64,000 nt of DNA from an uncultured Candidatus Saccharibacteria bacterium (lineage in GTDB: Bacteria; Patescibacteriota; Minisyncoccia; Phycocordibacterales; SBAW01), in NCBI GenBank assembly GCA_964615415.1, contig CAZTNI010000001.1, positions 25,290 through 89,289 of the forward strand. The letters are read 5' to 3'. The translations under genes and the position numbers were made by a program. This document shows, piece by piece, positions 36,498 to 44,211 of the stretch. The notes under the pieces are model-generated. The model searched no databases. It was not told where the DNA came from and was given only the letters and a program-made list of their open reading frames with translations. The stretch's first letter is position 1. The number at the start of each line of letters is the position of its first letter.

Positions 36498-37232
36498 CTA
36501 GGCAGATGTTGTCGCAGATGATAAACGCTGCTCTGCCTCTACAAAATCTTTAGGCAACGGGGCCTCAAAAAGTACTTCCTCCCCTGTTTCCGGGTGCCTA
36601 AAGGTAAGCGAGAGCGCATGGAGTGCGAGGCGCTCAAAACCAAGGATAGCTGGCCGCCCTGGCGCATACATAGAGTCTGCAACGATAGGATGTTGGATAG
36701 AAGCAAAGTGTACACGGATCTGGTGTGTACGGCCTGTCTTTGGAAACACTTCTGTATATGACGCTTCTTTAGTGCGGGCAATAACCCGAAATGCGGTTTG
36801 TGCGTCTCGCAACGTACCCTTCGCATCGCGCTTTGCCGTACGTGGACCTTTTCCGCCTCGACCTGAACCGATTGGTTTGTCGATTATGCCGCGTTCATCT
36901 TTAAGCTCGCCGTAAACAAACGCGCGGTACGCTTTCTTCACTTCTCGATTTTGAAATTGCGCTTTAAGCACATCGAACGCTTCCTGTGTGCGTGCCGCCA
37001 CCAACACACCCGACGTTTCGCGGTCGATGCGGTGCACAATACCCGGACGCTCAATAAGCGAACCGTCTTGGAGTCGCTGCTCTTCCCCTACTCCCTTTAT
37101 TTCTGGATATTCGGCAACAAGCCAGTCGACAAGAGTCTTCCAGTCATGTTTACCGTCGGCATGTACAGCAAGACCTGCAGGTTTATTAAGTACCAAGATG
37201 GAATCGTCTGCGTAGATGACTGTCGGCTGCAT
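36498..37232 (-). CDS. RluA-family pseudouridine synthase
   Basis: GIVHRIDRETSGVLVAART catalytic motif. Start set at the internal MQPTVIYADD because the longer track ORF overlaps tRNA-Val. Confidence 0.8.
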   Translation of the reverse strand: MQPTVIYADDSILVLNKPAGLAVHADGKHDWKTLVDWLVAEYPEIKGVGEEQRLQDGSLIERPGIVHRIDRETSGVLVAARTQEAFDVLKAQFQNREVKKAYRAFVYGELKDERGIIDKPIGSGRGGKGPRTAKRDAKGTLRDAQTAFRVIARTKEASYTEVFPKTGRTHQIRVHFASIQHPIVADSMYAPGRPAILGFERLALHALSLTFRHPETGEEVLFEAPLPKDFVEAEQRLSSATTSA

Positions 37233-37243
37233 TGTTTCTTTTG

Positions 37244-37316
37244 TGGGCGATACAGGACTCGAACCTGTGACCTTCTCTGTGTAAAAGAGTTGCTCTACCA
37301 ACTGAGCTAATCGCCC
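37244..37316 (-). tRNA. tRNA-Val (anticodon TAC)
   Basis: GGGCGAT/ATCGCCC acceptor. D-arm GCTCAGTTGGTAGAGC. Anticodon loop TTTACAC. T-arm CAGGTTCGAGTCCTG. Confidence 0.85.
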
Positions 37317-37442
37317 GTTCCATGCACAATACCAAGTTTATATCTGGGTCACAAGTCGAATTTTCTCGTCAGAAAATTCGCTCGCGACCCCGGCTCGCGG
37401 TTTCGCAAAACGCGAAACATCGCTACGCCCGACCAACGTATC

Positions 37443-37466
37443 AGAAAAACTGCCTCAAGGCAGTTC
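37443..37466 (-). terminator. rho-independent terminator downstream of tRNA-Arg(TCT)
   Basis: ctgccttgaggcag followed by tttttctga on the minus strand. Confidence 0.5.
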
Positions 37467-37476
37467 TTTCTGTCGT

Positions 37477-37551
37477 TGGTCCCCCCGGAGGGAATCGAAC
37501 CCCCATAACCGGCTTAGAAGTCCGGTGTTCTATCCATTGAACTACGAGGGG
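37477..37551 (-). tRNA. tRNA-Arg (anticodon TCT), C1:G72, CCA encoded
   Basis: CCCCTCG/CGGGGGG acceptor. D-stem GTTC/GAAC. Anticodon loop CTTCTAA. T-arm GGGGGTTCGATTCCCTC. Confidence 0.75.
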
Positions 37552-38159
37552 AGGAGGTGCAAGTAGAGGGTACCATACGCAACAAAAATCGCGAGAACAA
37601 CGAACGCAAACCAGAGGAAATATTTATTTACAACGGCAATAATTTGCGGACCGAATTTATACGAAAAGTAGCCGACAATCCAGATGCGCGCCGCGCGTCC
37701 TAAAAACATACCCGCCGCATATCCAATAAACGAAATTCCTAAAAATCCGGCAAGATACGTAAACGGCTTGTCTGGCAATAACGTAAACGCGATAAAAAAC
37801 ATAACAAAGAAAATGTTCCCATCGAGCAGTTGCTGTGTTACCTGGTGCGCCTCCCCTGCTCCTGTCCACTGCAGGAGGGCCTCGCCAAAGCCCTTAAACA
37901 TGAACATGCCGATAAGGTAGCCGGTGATACCGCCAAGGAAGGTAAAGATAGTCGTGAGCACCATGTAGAATTTCCACTTCTCGCGACGCGCCAAAATCAT
38001 CGCAGTCATAAGCGCTTCCGGCACTATCGGAGAAATAAAAGGCTCGAGGTACGACAGAAAACACAGCCAAAAAATGCCGTGCGGACCCTGCGCACGCGCA
38101 GCAAACCACGCCCACGACTTTTCCTTAATAGTCGTGATGTGCTCGAAGATAACGTGCAT
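37542..38159 (-). CDS. DedA/VTT-domain family membrane protein
   Basis: 205 aa, multi-TM, with a LLxG...GRAARI-like DedA pattern. The last 3 codons overlap the 5' end of tRNA-Arg(TCT). Confidence 0.5.
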   Translation of the reverse strand: MHVIFEHITTIKEKSWAWFAARAQGPHGIFWLCFLSYLEPFISPIVPEALMTAMILARREKWKFYMVLTTIFTFLGGITGYLIGMFMFKGFGEALLQWTGAGEAHQVTQQLLDGNIFFVMFFIAFTLLPDKPFTYLAGFLGISFIGYAAGMFLGRAARIWIVGYFSYKFGPQIIAVVNKYFLWFAFVVLAIFVAYGTLYLHLLPS

Positions 38160-38170
38160 GCGAAAAATAG

Positions 38171-38497
38171 TTAGCGAACCGTAGAGCCTGGCGTTGCAGT
38201 CGTTTCAAATAGGGACAGCGGTTCTTCCCCGCCCCCAGTTGCAAGGATCATTGCCTGACTCTCCATACCCATCATCATGCGTGGCGCAAGATTTGTTACA
38301 AACGGACAACGCTTTCCTACCAACACTGTAGGGTCTGGAAAATATGCCGCAATGCCTGAGAGCACTTGGCGATCCTCGTTACCAAAATTAACCTGCAATT
38401 TAAGCAGCTTGTCGCTCCCTTCAATCTTTTCCGCAGACTTAATTTCTCCGATGCGGATCTCTACCTTCTTAAAATCATCAATTGAAATTTGTTCCAT
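38171..38497 (-). CDS. free-standing tRNA-binding domain protein (CsaA/Trbp111/EMAP-like; MetRS C-terminal-domain homolog)
   Basis: FKKVEIRIGEIKSAEKIEGSDKLLKLQVNFGNEDRQVLSGIA is an OB-fold tRNA-binding motif. The MetRS in this window lacks this domain. Confidence 0.7.
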   Translation of the reverse strand: MEQISIDDFKKVEIRIGEIKSAEKIEGSDKLLKLQVNFGNEDRQVLSGIAAYFPDPTVLVGKRCPFVTNLAPRMMMGMESQAMILATGGGEEPLSLFETTATPGSTVR

Positions 38498-38525
38498 ATA
38501 TTCTTCAGTAAAACGTTCTTTGATC

Positions 38526-38942
38526 TTACTCCTTATTGCGATTACGGTCGAGATAACTCTGGAGTATGACTGCCGCCGCAGCTGCGTCTAACTTATCTTG
38601 CGAGGGATTTTGCTTACGAGACCCATCTGGCGCATATTGCCTAGCTGCGGCTGCGCTCGACATAAACTCAGCTTCATACACCACTTCTTTTCCGGTTAGT
38701 TCATGAAGATCTTTCTTAAATTGCTCAATATCTTCCATGACCAAGTTCGGCTCGTTCTGAAAATTGCGCGACTCGCCAAGGATAATTTTTTCCGCACCAC
38801 TTTTTTGCACCTCTTCAGCAACGTTCGCCAAAGCCTCCTTCCCTGCCTCAACTACAGCAAGCGGAAATGCGAGACTGCCTGTGTCGTCGGACACTGCAAG
38901 TCCGATACGCTTCGTCCCATAATCAATGCCTATGTACTTCAT
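38526..38942 (-). CDS. ruvX: Holliday junction resolvase-like RuvX/YqgF
   Basis: MKYIGIDYGTKRIGLAVSD. Start at the internal ATG because the track ORF N-terminus overlaps tRNA-Ser. Confidence 0.8.
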   Translation of the reverse strand: MKYIGIDYGTKRIGLAVSDDTGSLAFPLAVVEAGKEALANVAEEVQKSGAEKIILGESRNFQNEPNLVMEDIEQFKKDLHELTGKEVVYEAEFMSSAAAARQYAPDGSRKQNPSQDKLDAAAAAVILQSYLDRNRNKE

Positions 38943-38948
38943 CTGTGC

Positions 38949-39033
38949 GGAGGGGGTGAGATTCGAACTCACGGTACCTTGCGGTACTCCTGTTTTCAAG
39001 ACAGGTGCGATAGACCACTCTGCCACCCCTCCA
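38949..39033 (-). tRNA. tRNA-Ser (anticodon TGA), long variable arm
   Basis: GGAGGGG/CCCCTCC acceptor. Anticodon arm CCTGT-CTTGAAA-ACAGG. T-arm GTGAGTTCGAATCTCAC. Confidence 0.85.
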
Positions 39034-39080
39034 ATGCAACACACAATAACCTATAAAAGTCTGGGTGTATACTAGTAGCA

Positions 39081-39554
39081 ATGAACCCTGGAGAAGACAA
39101 GGAGTTTTCTTGGAGTACACAAACGCATGAACACCGAGAGCATAGTACCGACTGGTACTGGACATTTATTGTGGGAGCCTTGGCGCTCGCAGGCTTCGCT
39201 GTCTTTCTTGGAAATATTCTTTTTGCGATTATCGTTGTGATGGGTATTGGATCCATCCTCTTCCTTGCAGCACGCGGCCCTCGCGAGCATGTTATCCGTA
39301 TTGATGAGCGCGGTGTGTCAGTCGACGGAACTCGCTATCCGTTTAACGCAATCCACTCATTTTGGATCGAGCGTGGTGTCGAAACACCTCGTCTATTTAT
39401 AACCATGAACGGAGTCCTTTCTCCCCACCTGTCGATCCCTCTCTCAAACAAAGAAGAGGCTCTTAAAGTACAGCAACTGCTCAGCCGCGTTCTGACAGAA
39501 GAAGAGCAAGGACCTCATTTTGGAGAGAACTTGGCCCGCCTTATCGGGCTCTAG
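39081..39554 (+). CDS. hypothetical two-TM membrane protein
   Basis: 157-aa ORF divergent from tRNA-Ser. Confidence 0.45.
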   Translation: MNPGEDKEFSWSTQTHEHREHSTDWYWTFIVGALALAGFAVFLGNILFAIIVVMGIGSILFLAARGPREHVIRIDERGVSVDGTRYPFNAIHSFWIERGVETPRLFITMNGVLSPHLSIPLSNKEEALKVQQLLSRVLTEEEQGPHFGENLARLIGL

Positions 39555-39597
39555 AAATTTCCTCTATTTCGTTGTATTCTCAACATTGCTTCCTTAT

Positions 39598-39669
39598 GCC
39601 CTTGTCGTTCAATGGATAGGACGGCAGCTTGCGGAGCTGCTGATGTAGGTTCGATTCCTACCAGGGGCA
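39598..39669 (+). tRNA. tRNA-Arg (anticodon GCG)
   Basis: GCCCTTG/CAGGGGC acceptor. Anticodon arm GCAGC-TTGCGGA-GCTGC (G37). T-arm GTAGGTTCGATTCCTAC. Confidence 0.7.
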
Positions 39670-39675
39670 CACGAT

Positions 39676-39708
39676 ACAAATAAACCCGGCTTAAGCCGGG
39701 TTTATTTG
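39676..39708 (+). terminator. rho-independent terminator (14-bp perfect stem)
   Basis: caaataaacccggc ttaa gccgggtttatttg followed by ttcg. Confidence 0.7.
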
Positions 39709-39856
39709 TTCGCACGTGATCGCCGGGGGCGAAATCGAAAGCCGGAGCGCGACGGCGCGAGGCAGGGTCGTGCGAATTTTCACCAGAAAATTACGCCTGA
39801 CCGATTCCTACTTTGAGTTGTGGGCCACACACATGACCACAAGAGTGTCTGTTTAT

Positions 39857-41452
39857 CTATATCTCCTCAAACGTCGGGATAATATTTGCCGTTACCGACT
39901 GAGTCAGTTGCGAGGTCGTGCGACCGCGATCGATCGTACAGGTAAGTGTGTAGACCGTTTCTGCAGTAATAACCTGCGCGATACTTCCCTGCGAACCAGT
40001 GCCAATTTGAGTGCCGTTTGCTTTGACTGTACATGAACGAGCGTTATTAACACTCCACGCAACGGTTACATTGCTTCCGGTGCGCACTGACGTCGCAGGA
40101 TAGTTACCGTTTACGGTGATTGAAGATGAGACCGGGAGGCACTGGTTGCCTACAACCGCGTATCCGGTATTAGCAGAACAGGATCCGTCGGTTTCCTGGT
40201 GACAATTTGCTGGAACTGAAGTCTGTGCACCTGCAAAGTTTGAACAAAGGTCGCTCGGTACACACTGATTTCCTGAAACTGTATAACCCACATTCGCATC
40301 ACAAGTTCCATTTTGATTGCGATGACAATTGTTTGGCACCGTAAGTTGAGTACCGGAGAAGTTTGAACAGAGGTCCTCTGTTGCTGGAACACACGAACTT
40401 CCCTGGAGCACATACCCTGTTGGACATGACGACACACAAACGCCACTACTATTCATCACTTGTCCACCAGGACATGCCGAGACGCACTGCCCGTTTTGAG
40501 ATACGTAGCCAAACGGCACGGTTCCTTGTTGACCGGAGATATTTGGGCACACATCGCTTTGCGTAGCGACACAGCTATTGTTTTGATACATGTATCCTGC
40601 AGGACAGCCACAGGTCTGAGGATTTCCTTTACCGTTACTGGTACAGTCCGGAGCAGGTACACACTGACCACCCTGCATTACTTGACCATTCGGACATTCT
40701 TGAATCTCTTGGCATTGTGAAGATGCTGACTGTACCCCAGGAACATTCGGACAGTGGTCGGTTGGTCCCGTATTGTTGTCATTTCCTCCCTCTCCACCGC
40801 TGCATTCATTTTCAGGAATAGTCGTATGCACTTCGAGCTGGCTGCTTTCGTAATACTCTACGTAGTAGCCGCAAGGCTCCCCGTCGCCATAGGTCAACAC
40901 GTTCCATTCACGATGACACCCGCTGCTATCACATTGCACTCCTCCTACATATGAATCCCCTAGTCTTTCACACTCCAAACCTCCACTCGTATTGCAGTCT
41001 CCTTGGTTTGCAATCCTATCTGCGTCTCTCCATGCCGCTGCTTCAGCGCTAGACAAACAGCGTCCATCGAGAACCATTGTTGAGCACGTGTCGCCGCTTC
41101 CTCCTCCGCCCCCGGAAGAACTGCAATATTCTGTATACCCATGTGAACACCAATATTCCGCAGAGTAGCAGTTACCATCAGAGCCTAGTGTTTCTCCTCC
41201 GCTACATGCCTGAGACCCGCCACCTGAACCACTGCAGTAACTTGAGTATCCTTGACTGCACCAATAGTCAGCATCGCTGTTCGCACTACTTCCCTCGTAG
41301 TAGTTACCATCCGGTCCTTGGTAACAAGTTACTGTTGCTCCTGAACTTGTTTGGCAAGTAGCCGCATTTGCAGGTGTAGGAACAAAAAATGACAGAGCTG
41401 CAAGGAAGAAAAATCCAAGAATGAGTGCACCGCGTTTTATAGATAGAGTCAT
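39857..41452 (-). CDS. secreted cysteine-rich repeat protein with conserved C-terminal domain and IPTFEEI tail
   Basis: Signal peptide MTLSIKRGALILGFFFLAALSFFVPTPANA. Many CPxGxVxQGxxCV-type repeats. C-terminal domain ...TVYTLTCT...SVTANIIPTFEEI. Confidence 0.7.
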   Translation of the reverse strand: MTLSIKRGALILGFFFLAALSFFVPTPANAATCQTSSGATVTCYQGPDGNYYEGSSANSDADYWCSQGYSSYCSGSGGGSQACSGGETLGSDGNCYSAEYWCSHGYTEYCSSSGGGGGSGDTCSTMVLDGRCLSSAEAAAWRDADRIANQGDCNTSGGLECERLGDSYVGGVQCDSSGCHREWNVLTYGDGEPCGYYVEYYESSQLEVHTTIPENECSGGEGGNDNNTGPTDHCPNVPGVQSASSQCQEIQECPNGQVMQGGQCVPAPDCTSNGKGNPQTCGCPAGYMYQNNSCVATQSDVCPNISGQQGTVPFGYVSQNGQCVSACPGGQVMNSSGVCVSSCPTGYVLQGSSCVPATEDLCSNFSGTQLTVPNNCHRNQNGTCDANVGYTVSGNQCVPSDLCSNFAGAQTSVPANCHQETDGSCSANTGYAVVGNQCLPVSSSITVNGNYPATSVRTGSNVTVAWSVNNARSCTVKANGTQIGTGSQGSIAQVITAETVYTLTCTIDRGRTTSQLTQSVTANIIPTFEEI

Positions 41453-41456
41453 AAAA

Positions 41457-41810
41457 TTACTGGTTAGCTGCGGGAGGAAGCACTTGTGTTGGAGGTGTAT
41501 TGTCTGAAGGTATTGGCATCGGTATTACCGGAAACACTGGTGTTTCTGTTTGAGGTTCAACTTCTGATATTTCATAGAGCACGTACCATGCGGCACCTGC
41601 CCCTCCACACAAAAGAGCGACAATAAATACCCCGAGCAATATCCACAAGGTTTTTTTATGACCTAACTCAGGTGGAAGAGTAGAAACAGGAGCAGACACA
41701 GGAGACGTTTTCATATTTTCTGAAGCCATACTTCTTTTAGTATAGCTCCCCTCTGTAGCTATCCACATAAAACACTGTCGTGTGTGGATAAAAGAAAAAG
41801 GGCCACGCAT
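41457..41810 (-). CDS. small Pro-rich single-TM membrane protein
   Basis: 4 nt upstream of the Cys-rich gene. TM segment LWILLGVFIVALLCGGAGAAWYVL. Confidence 0.4.
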   Translation of the reverse strand: MRGPFSFIHTRQCFMWIATEGSYTKRSMASENMKTSPVSAPVSTLPPELGHKKTLWILLGVFIVALLCGGAGAAWYVLYEISEVEPQTETPVFPVIPMPIPSDNTPPTQVLPPAANQ

Positions 41811-41825
41811 GTGATTGCGTGACCC
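41787..41825 (-). terminator. rho-independent terminator
   Basis: gggtcacgca atcaca tgcgtggccc followed by tttttctttta on the minus strand. Confidence 0.65.
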
Positions 41826-41859
41826 TATAAGTCGTTCACCCCCATGAGACCTCGCGATC

Positions 41860-42225
41860 TCAGTTGGTGAAATAGACGTGGATGAGCCCCTGCTCTCCGT
41901 CCTGGATCGTGCCGCCGAAGCGGTACGGACCCGGGCCGTAGAAGAGATTCACTTCCGAATACCGGATAGCGAAGCGAGGTCCGGCGTCGTGAGCTCCCAG
42001 CATGACATGCTGGATACAAGGCGCCAGAAGCTGAGCATTGAGCACCTGCACTTGGACCCCCTCGAAAGAGTAGGTCTGGGTGTCGCAGTTGTAGCTGTCA
42101 GCTCCAACCGTGGTGACTCGACCCAGGGTCTCGATGACCTGAGAGTTAGTCAGGTCAGCCGCCGCCACCGAAGTGGCGAACAGCGCAGCGGCCAGCGAGG
42201 CTGCCGCCAGAATCTTCCGTCTCAT
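41860..42225 (-). CDS. small secreted 2-Cys protein (high-GC island gene A)
   Basis: Signal peptide MRRKILAAASLAAALFATSVAAA. SD ACGGAGGG upstream. GC-rich codons. Confidence 0.6.
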   Translation of the reverse strand: MRRKILAAASLAAALFATSVAAADLTNSQVIETLGRVTTVGADSYNCDTQTYSFEGVQVQVLNAQLLAPCIQHVMLGAHDAGPRFAIRYSEVNLFYGPGPYRFGGTIQDGEQGLIHVYFTN

Positions 42226-42240
42226 CGGGATGACCCTCCG

Positions 42241-42582
42241 TTACGTCGTCGCCGGGCAAGCCGGGCTGATGAACTCGACCCATTCGGTGGGGCGAGCCGT
42301 CACAACGCCATCACCGCAACGAAGCCAGGCTTCGTAGTTGGTGTAGACCTTGATGACAGTGCTCCCGACGATCGGAACGAGAATTCCGATCTGCCCAGCG
42401 AGCAGCAGATTGTACTGCTCGTTGTAGGGCTGATAGGTCGAGCCCGGCGCGTTGAAGAAGTCGATCCAACCACCGGCGTAAAACGCCTCGGTCAGACGGA
42501 CTTCCTGTTCCTGCGCCGACGCCACCGAAGTGGCACCGAAAGCAAGCAGCGCGGCAGTAGCCGCGATGACGATTTTCTTCAT
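42241..42582 (-). CDS. small secreted 2-Cys protein (high-GC island gene B)
   Basis: ATG at 42580-42582 with AAAGGAGGG SD. Signal peptide MKKIVIAATAALLAFGATSVASA. Confidence 0.6.
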   Translation of the reverse strand: MKKIVIAATAALLAFGATSVASAQEQEVRLTEAFYAGGWIDFFNAPGSTYQPYNEQYNLLLAGQIGILVPIVGSTVIKVYTNYEAWLRCGDGVVTARPTEWVEFISPACPATT

Positions 42583-42614
42583 ATGAATGGCCCTCCTTTC
42601 GCGGCCATTTTCGC

Positions 42615-42636
42615 GAGAGCGCACCGTTGCGCTCTC
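42615..42636. promoter_or_regulatory. perfect 9-bp-arm palindrome upstream of island gene B (operator or 5'-UTR hairpin)
   Basis: gagagcgca ccgt tgcgctctc. Confidence 0.35.
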
Positions 42637-42660
42637 AGGTTGACACCTGGCCAGATCCTA

Positions 42661-44211
42661 TCACAGGACCGACCTTTTGTCAAGCCTCCCTACTCTCTGG
42701 CCAAAAAAGCCTGAAAAGACAACCAAAAGTGCACCTATGGGAAAGAACGTACCGAACACCTGGTAAGGAGTGGAGTCGGTACGCAGAGGTACGTCTTCCT
42801 CCACTACACTAGAGAGATCCCATGAAGTCTCTGTGACAACCATACCACGATTGTCGAGCATGTACGCTGGGGACATGTTGCCGGATTGCACGTACCACCT
42901 CCCCTCCTCCACTGCGCGCACTTTCGCTATCGATTGCATCTGTGCAAAAACGGTACGCGACCCATGGAACCAGCTGTAGGAGGAAACATTTGCGAGTACT
43001 GACGCTCCCTTTTCTACATCACGAGCATATAAGTACGGACTCATAACTTCGTCACAAAAACGTACTGCCATATTCCCACTCCCCACCTGTGCAAGTTTTG
43101 TGTGTGTCCCACTTACGTACGAACGTGTATTTCGCACTTGTTCTTGAAACGCCTTATTCCCTACCAACGCGAGCACTCCGTGCGATATATACGGCACGTA
43201 CTCACCAAGTGGAAGGATAAATTGTTTGTCACTCGTTTCAATACGACCATCGCGATACACAAAGATACTTCGCGCGTGCGTGTTGCCGTCATTGCTTCTC
43301 ACACTTTCTGCATCTATGAATAGCGGAACTTGCGGCACCATGTTCGCATCGCGCGCATACCGTGCAAATGCCGCACTCTCTGGAAGTAGCAGTGCTTCCG
43401 CAGTTACATGTGGCGCAACAAGTGTTGCAAGTGTATCTATACGAGTTTCCGCTTCGCCCGGAAGGAAGTGAAGTTGTGGCGGGAAGTACGTACTTACTGC
43501 AGCGACGCGAATAGTTTCTTCACTCGTCGTAATATTTCCAAACAACGACCACGCTCCATACCCGCTCACACAGCACACAACGACAATACTTACGCCGACA
43601 TAGATGTTGCGCTCGATGTTCTTCGTTGTAATGACTCTATATATAAGAACATTCACGAGTATCACTGTTGCGCTCAACAGGTATACACCGCCAACGGACG
43701 CAAGTTGCAACAACAACGCATTATTCGCGAGCACGTATCCCAAGTGACCTAAGGTAAAGTGCGCACCCAGGAGCGATCCGTTTCCTGCAAACACAAATGC
43801 AAAGACGTGCGCATGCAACCATTCCCCCACTACCCATGCAGACGGAATGCATACAAGCACGGTGTATCGATACGAAAGAAAATACTGCAGCACCACTGCA
43901 AACACCGCTGTTCCAAGCGAGAGTACGCAGACTGAAAAAATCCAGTGTGTGCCGACTGCAAGTATTTGGAGTAGTGGGTGTTCAATCCCAAACCAATCTA
44001 TCGGCAGTGTGTGCCAAAAAATTGCCCACAATGCTAACCCATACAAAGGGAGTCCGAGTAAAAAACCTCTGAACGCTTGAGTGGAAAGACCGACTGGTCG
44101 TTTTGTCGTTATAAAAAGAAATGGCAAAAACCCTACCAGTGCAAGTGGCCACAGGGCAGGGACAACAAATCCCACACCAAGAAAAATGCCGGAAACGAAA
44201 GATGCTATCAA
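42661..44211 (-). CDS. lnt: apolipoprotein N-acyltransferase-like (N-terminal multi-TM + CN-hydrolase domain)
   Basis: Catalytic-triad contexts LLLPESAAF (Glu), SDKQFILPLGEYVPY (Lys), VRFCDEVMSP (Cys). C-terminal TM. Confidence 0.7.
   Translation of the reverse strand: MIASFVSGIFLGVGFVVPALWPLALVGFLPFLFITTKRPVGLSTQAFRGFLLGLPLYGLALWAIFWHTLPIDWFGIEHPLLQILAVGTHWIFSVCVLSLGTAVFAVVLQYFLSYRYTVLVCIPSAWVVGEWLHAHVFAFVFAGNGSLLGAHFTLGHLGYVLANNALLLQLASVGGVYLLSATVILVNVLIYRVITTKNIERNIYVGVSIVVVCCVSGYGAWSLFGNITTSEETIRVAAVSTYFPPQLHFLPGEAETRIDTLATLVAPHVTAEALLLPESAAFARYARDANMVPQVPLFIDAESVRSNDGNTHARSIFVYRDGRIETSDKQFILPLGEYVPYISHGVLALVGNKAFQEQVRNTRSYVSGTHTKLAQVGSGNMAVRFCDEVMSPYLYARDVEKGASVLANVSSYSWFHGSRTVFAQMQSIAKVRAVEEGRWYVQSGNMSPAYMLDNRGMVVTETSWDLSSVVEEDVPLRTDSTPYQVFGTFFPIGALLVVFSGFFGQRVGRLDKRSVL

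Noticed and set aside
36498-37301. Longer N-termini of the rluA-family (to 37301) and ruvX (to 39044) ORFs as given in the ORF track
   Set aside because: The extensions run through tRNA-Val and tRNA-Ser genes. The conserved protein cores start at internal ATGs.
39716-40036. 106-aa plus-strand ORF downstream of tRNA-Arg
   Set aside because: It starts inside the tRNA terminator, overlaps the 3' end of the Cys-rich gene and has an Arg-rich composition.
41878-42714. 278-aa plus-strand ORF across the second GC island
   Set aside because: Arg/Asp/Leu-rich antisense reading of GC-rich DNA. The minus-strand genes have signal peptides and SDs.
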